This document shows, piece after piece, positions 18,701 through 27,049 of a stretch of 64,000 bases of DNA. The position numbers and the translations under genes are program-made. The stretch spans positions 64,001 through 128,000 of the forward strand of contig JANOQI010000016.1 in assembly GCA_031414775.1 (NCBI GenBank), in the 5' to 3' direction. This DNA is from Synechococcales cyanobacterium VAR_4_metabat_354 (GTDB lineage: Bacteria > Cyanobacteriota > Cyanobacteriia > Cyanobacteriales > Chamaesiphonaceae). The notes under the pieces are model-generated. The model was given only the letters and a program-made list of their open reading frames with translations, had not been told where the DNA came from and ran no database searches. Position 1 is the first letter of the stretch; each line of letters opens with the position of its first letter.

Positions 18701-20613
18701 AACTTCCGGATAAGAACTATCAACATACTCGTGAGCACTACTTACCAATCCACTCATCTGAACTAAGAAGTTATCTAGAGCCAGAAATAGTTTCGACTGA
18801 CGTTTTAACCCGCAAGCTAGTGAAACGAGCCTTGAGTCAAGCTACTCTCTTTAAACCAATTCATTCTCAATATCAAAAAAATCTAGTCGGGTGGGAGGGT
18901 TTTTATCAACAAATTTATACAGATACTTATTTACAAGATGCCCACCCAGTTTACATTATGGCCATTGAAGAAGCTGGTAAAGCCGAATGCTATGACCTGG
19001 AAATGGTTGATCAACAATCGCCTTACTTTCTCGCTCAGGGGGTTGTAGTCCATAATTGCTACCAAGAGCAGATCATGCGGATGGCGCAGGATTTAGCGGG
19101 CTATTCTCTAGGACAAGCCGACTTATTGCGACGAGCGATGAGTAAAAAGAAAGCCGACGAAATGCAGAAACAACGTACCACTTTCGTGGATGGCTCAGCC
19201 AAAAACGACATTTCTAGCGAAATTGCTAATAAGCTTTTCGACCAGATGGTCTTGTTTGCTGAATATTGCTTCAACAAATCCCACTCCACCGCCTACGCTT
19301 ACGTTACTTATCAGACCGCCTTTTTGAAAGCCAACTACCCAGTCGAATATATGGCGGCACTGCTGACAGCTAATAGTGGCGACCAAGATAAAGTCACCAA
19401 ATATTTGAATAACTGTGAGAAAACACTCCGCATTAAAGTCGAACCGCCGGATATTAATCGATCAAACATCAATTTCACCCCAGTTAAAGGCCAAAAAAGC
19501 ATTTTCTTTGGTCTCTCCGCCATTAAAAATGTAGGGGAGGGAGCGATCGAGACTATTTTGACCGAACGAGCTGCCGGCGGCGAGTTCCAATCTCTAGCCG
19601 ACCTCTGTCAGCGGATTAATATGCAAGCTGTCAATAGCCGCAACCTCGAATCGCTCATCAAATGTGGGGCCTTTGATAACATCGAACCCAACCGCCAACA
19701 GCTGATCCAGGATATGGAATTGACCGTACCCTGGGCACAAAAACGCGCGAAGGAGAAAGCGATCGGCCAAGGGAATTTGTTCGATCTGATGGGCAGCACC
19801 CCAAAAAGTGCCGACAATAGTTTTGAAGCGGCACCTAAAGCCCCCGCCACCGCAGACTTTAGTTCTCAAGAGCGCCTCCAGTTCGAGCTAGAACTATTAG
19901 GAGTCTATGTCTCCGACCATCCCCTCAAATCGGCTGAAAGCATTGTCCGGCACCAAGGAATTGCCACCGTTAATTTAAATGAAATCGATAAACATGTCCG
20001 CAAAGGCTTAATCAAAGTAGTGGTAATGCTGCAAGAAATCAAAATTGCCCAGACCAAAAAAGATAATAAATCAATGGCGATTCTCAAGATCAGCAGCATT
20101 GATGGCACTCAGGTGTCAGCAGTAGCCTTTTCCGATGCCTACGAAAAGGTCAAGAATTTATTAGCCATAAATGTACCGATTGTGATGGAAGGCAAAGCCA
20201 ATCGCCGCGATGAAGAACTCCAAATCGTGGTGGAGAGCATTACCGTCATCGACCTGAGTCTAGATTTTGGCGAGGAAGAAGTTACCGGAGACAAAATTGC
20301 CCTTGTTCACATCCCGATCGAGATGCTTCAAGATCAACGCCAGCTCCAGCAGCTCCAAATGATCTTAGAAGAATATGCTGGTACTGATCCAGACATCGCC
20401 AAAACGCCAGTCTACGCGCTGATAGCCTCGGCTACTAGCCAGCGGTTAGTCAGACTTGGGGAACGATTTGCCCTAGAGTCTGAGGACAAAGCAGTGGCCA
20501 GAATCAGCCATCTCGGCTTCACGGCCAAAATTCGGCCTCGGCCGCTAGAACTACCGCCAGTTTTAGCACCGCAATTACTCACCTCGATCGAAGCCAAGCC
20601 ATCTAGACTATAG
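15706..20613 (+). CDS. dnaE: DNA polymerase III alpha subunit, unsplit, containing one cis intein
   Basis: PHP domain (LHIHSDYSLLDGA), GPGRGSAAGS, MPDIDTDF, KMDFLGL, FAEYCFNKSHS and a C-terminal OB fold, all in one ORF. Confidence 0.97.
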   Translation: MSFVGLHIHSDYSLLDGASQLPELADRAVELGMPAIALTDHGVMYGAIELIKVCKARQIKPIIGNEMYVVDGNIHEQKRRQKFHQVVLAKNTQGYKNLVKLTTISHLEGFQGRGIFARPCINRELLKQYREGLIVTSACLGGEIPQAIMAGKLEHARKAARWYQDVFGEDFYLEIQDHGSQEDRIVNVEIVRIAEELGIKIIATNDSHFISCEDVEAHDALLCIQTGKLITEDSRMRYSGTEYLKSAAEMAMLFQDHLPAEVIKTAIANTLEVADKIEPYNVLGEPRIPDFPIPPGHTPSTYVEEISREGLKDLLKVNNYDDIDPEYQERLDYELKMIEQMGFSTYFLVVWDYIKFARDQGIPVGPGRGSAAGSLVAYTMRITNIDPVHHGLLFERFLNPERKSMPDIDTDFCIERRDEVIQYVTKKYGTERVAQIITFNRMTSKAVLKDVARVLDINYGDSDKMTKFIPTVRGKPTKLAVMISDKTPSPDFKAAYDSNRIFETKTPGAGVSAQQWIDMAMRIEGTNKTFGVHAAGVVISAQPLDEIVPLQRNNDGSVITQYYMEDLDALGLLKMDFLGLRNLTIIQNALDLIKLNQGDDIHPDEITYEERRSISILHKNGTKSKKRPPQVERTYKAIEAGDLEGVFQLESSGMLDVVSKLKPSCIEDLSSILALYRPGPLDAGLIPHFIDRKHGREAIVYDHPLLEPILEETYGTLCLPKGTLIDRPDGGSTPIENIRSGDLVLTSDGRRVYPATVAKQWASGQKPLLKIVLSSGTVLYSSPDHRFLTAEGDKCAKDLKPVKSLKNAHFTGDAIYEKWPVSLDKNSLQTNEAYLLGLLIGDGNLVSSTPNIACRTEDCAQWVSALMSKTWGGEAKQYFHTRCWYAYVKFNTQPYPTPLTKLLDRIYTGRNWKVKSIFKHLPSNILSYVESDRIGILKGLWDSDGCYSKRLVYFRSASPQLLRQVGQLLGSLKIQHHIAKNYLCITDLGRFKQFIGVTKLPDKNYQHTREHYLPIHSSELRSYLEPEIVSTDVLTRKLVKRALSQATLFKPIHSQYQKNLVGWEGFYQQIYTDTYLQDAHPVYIMAIEEAGKAECYDLEMVDQQSPYFLAQGVVVHNCYQEQIMRMAQDLAGYSLGQADLLRRAMSKKKADEMQKQRTTFVDGSAKNDISSEIANKLFDQMVLFAEYCFNKSHSTAYAYVTYQTAFLKANYPVEYMAALLTANSGDQDKVTKYLNNCEKTLRIKVEPPDINRSNINFTPVKGQKSIFFGLSAIKNVGEGAIETILTERAAGGEFQSLADLCQRINMQAVNSRNLESLIKCGAFDNIEPNRQQLIQDMELTVPWAQKRAKEKAIGQGNLFDLMGSTPKSADNSFEAAPKAPATADFSSQERLQFELELLGVYVSDHPLKSAESIVRHQGIATVNLNEIDKHVRKGLIKVVVMLQEIKIAQTKKDNKSMAILKISSIDGTQVSAVAFSDAYEKVKNLLAINVPIVMEGKANRRDEELQIVVESITVIDLSLDFGEEEVTGDKIALVHIPIEMLQDQRQLQQLQMILEEYAGTDPDIAKTPVYALIASATSQRLVRLGERFALESEDKAVARISHLGFTAKIRPRPLELPPVLAPQLLTSIEAKPSRL
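17857..19056 (+). mobile_element. 400-aa intein with LAGLIDADG homing endonuclease, inserted in DnaE at ETYGTL/CYQEQ
   Basis: N-terminal CLPKGTLI, block B SPDHRFLT, LAGLIDADG motifs YLLGLLIGDG and LKGLWDSDG, block F CYDLEM, C-terminal VVVHN followed by +1 Cys. Confidence 0.95.
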
Positions 20614-20695
20614 CCACTATGAATAACAGCCACCAGATTTCGTGAAAACATCGAATCTAGTGACTACAGCAACGAAATACTTAAGACCTAAGTGT

Positions 20696-23600
20696 CTAGG
20701 TGTGATTGATCGGAGCAACCAAAAACTCTTGAATAGTAGCATTGAGTTGCTTGAGTTTAACAGGTTTAGTTAGGTATGCATTGGCACCCGCTGCCAAACA
20801 TTTTTCGCGATCGCCTTCCATGGCCAAGGCCGTTAGAGCAATAATCGGAGTTTCGTCAAATTCTGGCATTTTACGAATATGACATATGGCGGCTAGTCCA
20901 TCCATTTTCGGCATTTGAATATCCATCAAAATTAGATCGGGCAGCACTTGCTGAACTCGATCGTTAGCGCAGCCTTCCAGAATGGAAATTGCTTCTAGTC
21001 CATTTTCAGCCACTAGTATTTGGTATCCCTTAGCCATCAAATAGCTAGAGAAGGTACTGATATTAGCTTGGTTATCCTCTGCTAAGAGAATCAATGATGG
21101 TGTGATTAAAGCGCCCTCAGCTAACTGGAGAGGCGTAACTAAACTATCGATCGATAGTACACTCTGGTGATCGGTAACAGGCCAACAAATAGATGGTAAG
21201 CGCACCAAAAAACAACTACCTTGGCCAATTTCGCTCTCCAGACTAATGGTGCCACCATGTAGTTCAACAATTTGCTTCACCAAGGTCAGGCCCAATCCGG
21301 TACCGGCATATTGACGATTAAGACTACTATCTAACTGGACAAAAGGTCGAAACAACTTACTCTGTTGATGGCTAGCAATCCCAATTCCTGTGTCGATTAC
21401 AGCTAATTCTAGCCAATCTCCATCAACCTCATTTTTTAGTTGAGTCATGCGCAGAGTAACCTGACCACCGACTGGAGTGAACTTGACCGCGTTATTGAGG
21501 AGATTGATCAGCACTTGACGCAGCCGCCGTTCATCCACTGCCAACGGAGTAGGTTCTGGAGGCAACTGTACTTCTAATTTAATTTGTTTATCATGAGCCT
21601 GTTGTTTAACAAAAGATAAACTAGATTGGCACAGCATAGCAACATTGACATTGCTAATATCTAGTTCTAATTTACCAGCGGAAATTTTGGAAACATCCAA
21701 AATATCGTTGATTAGAGATAGTAAATGCTCTCCGCTACGTTCAATCGTGGCGATGTATTTAAGTTGTCGTTCATTTAGAATTCCAAATGCTTGTTCTTGT
21801 AGAATCTCTGACATGCCTAAAATGGCATTCATCGGCGTACGGAGTTCGTGACTCATGTTCGCCAGAAATTCATCCTTAAGACGAGTAGCTCTTTGAAGTT
21901 CAGTGTTAGTTGATTTCAATTGATCGTTAGTTTGCTGTAGTTGCTCTTCTGCCCACTTGCGATCGGTGATATCCATCGCAATACCGACAGTTCCAGTAAT
22001 TTCTCCATTACTATTTCTGATGGGCGTTTTAATTGTTTCGAGCCAGCGGTCTTCAGACTGAGCATTCAATATTTTTTCTTCGACAACTCGGCGTTGACCA
22101 GAGTTAATTACTAATAAGTCATCATCTATGTATTTCTGAGATATATCAGCTGGCCACAAATCCAAGTCATTTTTACCGAGTAATTCTCGAGGTGTACACC
22201 CTAGCTGATCAGCACAAGATTGATTTACTGAAATAAAACGACTATTTACATCTTTCAGCCAAGCCATATGAGGAATATTATTGAGTAGTGCTCCCAGATA
22301 ATTTTGCTGGAGTTGGGCATTTTCTGCCGCTACCTGAGCTTTTTGATAAAGCTGGGCATTTTCTAGGGCGATCGCTGCCTGGGTAGAAAGGAAAGATATC
22401 ACTGTTTCGTTGCTTTCAGTGAAAATATTGGCGGCATGAAGATGCTCTAGATAGACCACCCCCAGCACTCGTCCTTGTTTCAAAAGTGGCAACCCCAAAA
22501 TGCTCTGAGGTTGATACTTAAGCAAATATCGATCAGTATTTGCCAACAGTTTGCCTGCATCACCACAAAAGATTTGCTGATTATTTTTGACCCAGTAAAC
22601 CAATTTTTCGGGGTACTCCATATGATTCAGCAAGGGTGTGGCCAGATCAGTCGAATGAGCTGTCGTAGTTGTACTTAATGCCCGCACTCGCCAATCACTG
22701 TCACTGTCACTGTCACTGTCACTGTCACTGTCACTGTCAGGCAATACTAACAGGCAAGTTTCAGCACCAGAATTTTTCAAAATAATTTTACATAGTTTTT
22801 GCAGGAGTTCTTCCAGATCGATAATGCTAGATAGAGATTGAGCCGATTGAATCACTGAAGCCAAGTCAATGTTGTTCCCTTTTTGAGCACTAGTGCTGTT
22901 AATACTAGAAGCACCGGTGATCGTCGCGAGAGTAGACAAAAGACTAAAGTCTGGTGGCGATTCTACTCTCAAGATCGCTGCCAGGAGATGAGGATAGCGT
23001 TGCTCTAAGTCATCGGTTTTAGCCTTGGCTCCCCACCGGGCATAGCAATAGTAAGCTTCAATTATGTAGGTTGCCGCAATTTTCGTTTTGCCCCAATCAA
23101 GATAAAACTTGGCGGCTAATTCATTGGCTAGGGCTTGATCTTGAATCCAGCTGTTTTCCTTGGCTCCGGCAATAGCCAGATCATAATGTTCGATCGCATC
23201 GGCTTTGTTGCCTAATACACGCTGGTATTCGGCAGTTACTAAGTGCCAACGATGCCGATGATTCATGGGAGCGTGGTCGGCCCATGCTTGGAGTTTTGCT
23301 CGATCAACTACTACTTTTTCTAGACACTGTACCTGTGCCTCTGCCGTCAGGGATGAATACAATTGCAGCTGAGTCAACGCACTATAAAAACAGGACAGCG
23401 TAGTAGCAAACATCCCGATCATGCTATCGGCATAGAACTCGACCAGAACTGCATATTCTGCGGCCTGCTGATATTGCCCAAACAAATAAGCTAAGACAGT
23501 TTTATTGAAAAATAAGTAATAGAGAGCCGTATAAGAATTTGATTGTTGGAGCGTTGACAACGTTTGCGTTTCAGCATAGATCTCCCCATCCAAGCAGCAA

Positions 23601-26600
23601 GGATCATCAGACTGTCCCAGCAAGTTCAAAACAGTTTGATGATAAATTAAATGATAGTTGAGCGCTGTTTCCTGCTTGAGTTGCAACAGCCCCTGACGAT
23701 AGATTTCCATCTTGATAGCTAGAGATGACAATTCATCGCCAACAAAGTAGGAACCAGCACAATATACTAAAGCATTAAATGAACTATTCTCTAGATCTCC
23801 AGTTTCTAAACCCACTTGATATGCCTCCCGGAAAAACGGTAATCGGCTGCGGAGGGGTTCTTTCCAATGGCTAATAAAACTATGGACAATAAAATAAGTG
23901 TGACATTTGGTAGTTATTAATTGGAATTGGTCGAGAATACTCAGAGCTAATTGTCCAAACTGATAGCCCGTATCCAATGCGCCTGCAATCCCGCAGAGCA
24001 CTAGTCCGTAATTAGCGTAGACAAGGGACGAAACCTCACAATTACCATGCTTAAGACATAAATCAATTTGTTTAAAAATCAGTAAGGGCATCAGCATGGG
24101 AGCTGATTGATAAGCAGGGGCAATCAATTGAGATAAAATCCGCATTGTTGCTAGGACGATCGGATCGGTCATCATGGGCAGATCTACTAAACTAGCGATC
24201 GGACGATCTTGCCAGAGTAATTTAGTTTGCTCTAAGGCTTTTCCAATATCCGCTGGTGTCGGCTCTACTGGAAACTCGATCCCCAGCAGCTGGAGCAATT
24301 GCAGTCCCATCTCGATCGATTGACGTAGTTGGCCTTGCGCCTTCGCACCCATAATCTGGATTTCGTAAATCCGAATTCGATCAATTAACTTATCAGTATG
24401 AGCTAGAAATATCGCGATCGATTGCTCCATTTGCTCATAGTCCCCACTCAAATAAGCAACTTCGGCAGCTAATTCATAGATCGATCGAGTTAAATCAGCC
24501 GGAGCGTCCCAACGATCTGCTGGTAACAGCTCCATACAGATCGTCAAATACTGATGTGCCGCACTATAAGCCGTGGATATTTTCGCTTTTTGAGCAGCCT
24601 GCCAATTCAATTGCAATAATCGCTCTTGTTCAGCAGCCTCAGTAATTAAACTACGTCCCATGTTCAATTGGTTGACAATAGCAAAAATCTGCTCTTCTAG
24701 CTCTCTAGCGGAAATATTGCTAAGTAGCAGTTGACCAATTTTCAAGTGGACAGATTTCTGCTGGGCGCTGGGAATCAGCGAATAAGCCGCTTGTTGCACC
24801 CGATCGTGTAAAAAACGATAGGTGACAAGAAGAGGAACAGAAATATCGGGTGCGGCATCAGCATCGGTAAAAAACTTGTAAAGTTCGGAGCGGGGCATAA
24901 TCAACCCAGCCTGTAGCGCTGTTTGCAATGCCAGGGCGATTTGGATAGGCGCTTGATTACTGATCACGGCTAAAGTCTGGAGATCGAACTGCGAACCGAT
25001 ACAGGCCGCCAACTGAAGAATATCTTGAGTGAGAGTTGGCAACTTCTGCAACTGCCCAGCCATAAACTCCACGACATCATCGGTAATTGCCAAAGTTTTG
25101 ATGTGAGCAATATCGCACTGCCAATGCCGGGCGGCTACATCAAAGTTAATATGGCCATCTTGATGTAGTGCCTGCATAAATTGGGTAGCAAAGAAGGGAT
25201 TGCCTTGAGTTTTGCGATCGATCAACTCTGTCAATGGTTGAGCACAGCTCAATTCACACTTCAGAGTATCAGCCACCAACTGATTCAAATCGTCCAATGC
25301 CAATGGATCGAGCAACATAGTATTCACCGTTGCCCCAGATTTTTGGATCTCATTTACGGCTATCATCAAGGGATGAACAGGCGATACTTCCTGATCGCGA
25401 TAAGCCCCAATCACCAATAAATGCTGGATATCTTGTGTCAATATTTGCAATAAATTCAACGAGGCCGCATCAGCCCATTGCAAGTCATCCAAAAAGATCA
25501 CCAACGGTCGATCAACAGTAGCAAACAACCCCAAAAACTTCTGAATCAACAAATTAAAACGATGGTGAGCTGCATTACTTTCTAACTCGGCGGCAGGCAG
25601 CTGTTTGCCAATAATTTTTTCTAGTTCAGGAATTACTTCGATCAGCACTTGAGCATTTTCGCCTACCGCAGCGATGATTTGACTCTTCCAGGCTTGTAAT
25701 TGGACATCCAATTCTGCCAGCAACTGTCCGATCAAATCACGACAGGCTTGCACAAAAGCACTAAAGGGAATGTGGCGCTGAAATTGGTCGTACTTACCTT
25801 TGATAAAATAGCTATGTTGACGGGTAATTGGCTTATAAGCTTCATTAATAACCGCTGTTTTGCCAATTCCCGAAGATCCAGCTACCAGCAATATTTCAGT
25901 CTTGCCGCTGCTGATACGATTCTCCCCTGGAGACGCTACGCGATCGAAGGCTGCTAGTAAGGTTTTCACCTCGGTGGCTCGTCCATAGAGTTTTTCGGGG
26001 ATAATAAAGCGATCACCTAGATCCCGCTCTCCTAAATCAAACTCCGCAATTGCTCCAGTAGCCGACCATTGGCTCAAACATTGCTCTAAATCATATTGGA
26101 GTCCGATCGCACTCTGATAGCGATCCTCAGCATTTTTGGCCATCAATTTAGCAACTAGCTGCGATACTACCGCTGGAATATTCGCATTAATATGATTTAC
26201 TGGCACCGCCTGCTGAGCTAAATGACAATGAATCATTTCCAGCGAATCTGCAACCCTAAAAGGCAATCTGCCGGTGAGGAGTTCATACAAAGTAACTCCC
26301 AAAGCATAAAAATCAGTCCGATAATCAATCCCCCGATTCATCCGCCCCGTTTGTTCTGGCGATAGATAAGCCAGGGTTCCTTCTAATAAATTGGGACTAA
26401 GAATTTCTGGGGTTTCACGAGGTAACAGCGAAGCGATACTAAAATCAATTAGCTTCACCTGTTTAGTTTGTGGATGAATCAGAATATTGGCTGGTTTAAT
26501 GTCTTTGTGGATAATCCGTTCTTTCCCCAGTACTTGCAAAGTAGCGGCCAGTTTAATAGCCAGTTCCAGAATATCCGGTAGTGATAAAATGTGCTTTTGA

Positions 26601-26911
26601 ACATACTGATCTAGAGCAATTCCGCCAAAATCTTCCATCACCAAAGCATAACCGCAATCTTCTAAACCATAGCAGCGCACAATTCCCGGCACATTCAAAT
26701 TTTTAGCAATCCCATACTGATGCTGAAAGTTCAGTAAATCTTGGTAGGTGGCATTGGCTGATGACAAGAACTTAATCACCACCGGCAGCGACGATGCACC
26801 CAACTCGAAATTTATTTTTTCGGCTCGAAACACTACAGTTTTCGAGCCACAGTAAATTTCCTCAACTAGACGATAGCCTGGAAGATTAATGTTACAGCTT
26901 GCATTAGTCAT
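20696..26911 (-). CDS. hybrid Ser/Thr kinase - AAA ATPase - GAF - PAS - histidine kinase - receiver protein
   Basis: HKDIKPAN and DFS kinase motifs, GSSGIGKT, LDDLQWAD, GAF, PAS (WLETIKTP), FLANMSHELRTP, NAVKFT, GTGLGL, REC ILMDIQMP. Start placed at ATG 26911. Confidence 0.92.
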   Translation of the reverse strand: MTNASCNINLPGYRLVEEIYCGSKTVVFRAEKINFELGASSLPVVIKFLSSANATYQDLLNFQHQYGIAKNLNVPGIVRCYGLEDCGYALVMEDFGGIALDQYVQKHILSLPDILELAIKLAATLQVLGKERIIHKDIKPANILIHPQTKQVKLIDFSIASLLPRETPEILSPNLLEGTLAYLSPEQTGRMNRGIDYRTDFYALGVTLYELLTGRLPFRVADSLEMIHCHLAQQAVPVNHINANIPAVVSQLVAKLMAKNAEDRYQSAIGLQYDLEQCLSQWSATGAIAEFDLGERDLGDRFIIPEKLYGRATEVKTLLAAFDRVASPGENRISSGKTEILLVAGSSGIGKTAVINEAYKPITRQHSYFIKGKYDQFQRHIPFSAFVQACRDLIGQLLAELDVQLQAWKSQIIAAVGENAQVLIEVIPELEKIIGKQLPAAELESNAAHHRFNLLIQKFLGLFATVDRPLVIFLDDLQWADAASLNLLQILTQDIQHLLVIGAYRDQEVSPVHPLMIAVNEIQKSGATVNTMLLDPLALDDLNQLVADTLKCELSCAQPLTELIDRKTQGNPFFATQFMQALHQDGHINFDVAARHWQCDIAHIKTLAITDDVVEFMAGQLQKLPTLTQDILQLAACIGSQFDLQTLAVISNQAPIQIALALQTALQAGLIMPRSELYKFFTDADAAPDISVPLLVTYRFLHDRVQQAAYSLIPSAQQKSVHLKIGQLLLSNISARELEEQIFAIVNQLNMGRSLITEAAEQERLLQLNWQAAQKAKISTAYSAAHQYLTICMELLPADRWDAPADLTRSIYELAAEVAYLSGDYEQMEQSIAIFLAHTDKLIDRIRIYEIQIMGAKAQGQLRQSIEMGLQLLQLLGIEFPVEPTPADIGKALEQTKLLWQDRPIASLVDLPMMTDPIVLATMRILSQLIAPAYQSAPMLMPLLIFKQIDLCLKHGNCEVSSLVYANYGLVLCGIAGALDTGYQFGQLALSILDQFQLITTKCHTYFIVHSFISHWKEPLRSRLPFFREAYQVGLETGDLENSSFNALVYCAGSYFVGDELSSLAIKMEIYRQGLLQLKQETALNYHLIYHQTVLNLLGQSDDPCCLDGEIYAETQTLSTLQQSNSYTALYYLFFNKTVLAYLFGQYQQAAEYAVLVEFYADSMIGMFATTLSCFYSALTQLQLYSSLTAEAQVQCLEKVVVDRAKLQAWADHAPMNHRHRWHLVTAEYQRVLGNKADAIEHYDLAIAGAKENSWIQDQALANELAAKFYLDWGKTKIAATYIIEAYYCYARWGAKAKTDDLEQRYPHLLAAILRVESPPDFSLLSTLATITGASSINSTSAQKGNNIDLASVIQSAQSLSSIIDLEELLQKLCKIILKNSGAETCLLVLPDSDSDSDSDSDSDSDWRVRALSTTTTAHSTDLATPLLNHMEYPEKLVYWVKNNQQIFCGDAGKLLANTDRYLLKYQPQSILGLPLLKQGRVLGVVYLEHLHAANIFTESNETVISFLSTQAAIALENAQLYQKAQVAAENAQLQQNYLGALLNNIPHMAWLKDVNSRFISVNQSCADQLGCTPRELLGKNDLDLWPADISQKYIDDDLLVINSGQRRVVEEKILNAQSEDRWLETIKTPIRNSNGEITGTVGIAMDITDRKWAEEQLQQTNDQLKSTNTELQRATRLKDEFLANMSHELRTPMNAILGMSEILQEQAFGILNERQLKYIATIERSGEHLLSLINDILDVSKISAGKLELDISNVNVAMLCQSSLSFVKQQAHDKQIKLEVQLPPEPTPLAVDERRLRQVLINLLNNAVKFTPVGGQVTLRMTQLKNEVDGDWLELAVIDTGIGIASHQQSKLFRPFVQLDSSLNRQYAGTGLGLTLVKQIVELHGGTISLESEIGQGSCFLVRLPSICWPVTDHQSVLSIDSLVTPLQLAEGALITPSLILLAEDNQANISTFSSYLMAKGYQILVAENGLEAISILEGCANDRVQQVLPDLILMDIQMPKMDGLAAICHIRKMPEFDETPIIALTALAMEGDREKCLAAGANAYLTKPVKLKQLNATIQEFLVAPINHT
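22695..22739. repeat. hexanucleotide microsatellite (TCACTG)7 encoding poly(Asp-Ser)
   Basis: Seven perfect TCACTG copies (22695-22736) plus a partial copy. The protein reads LPDSDSDSDSDSDSDSDW. Confidence 0.95.
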
Positions 26912-27049
26912 AATTAGTGATGAGATTTTGCTGATGTCCAATAACTTTTTCCTCACCGGAGTGTTGTCAAAGTATTAGTTACTGAATTTAATGTTCCCGA
27001 TTATTTCCACAGTATTATTATAGACAAGATAAAACATTAGTTTTGAGTT

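Noticed and set aside
20696..26911. Kinase-AAA-histidine kinase giant as a novel NLR-like defence protein
   Set aside because: This multidomain architecture is a well-known, widespread cyanobacterial signalling family.
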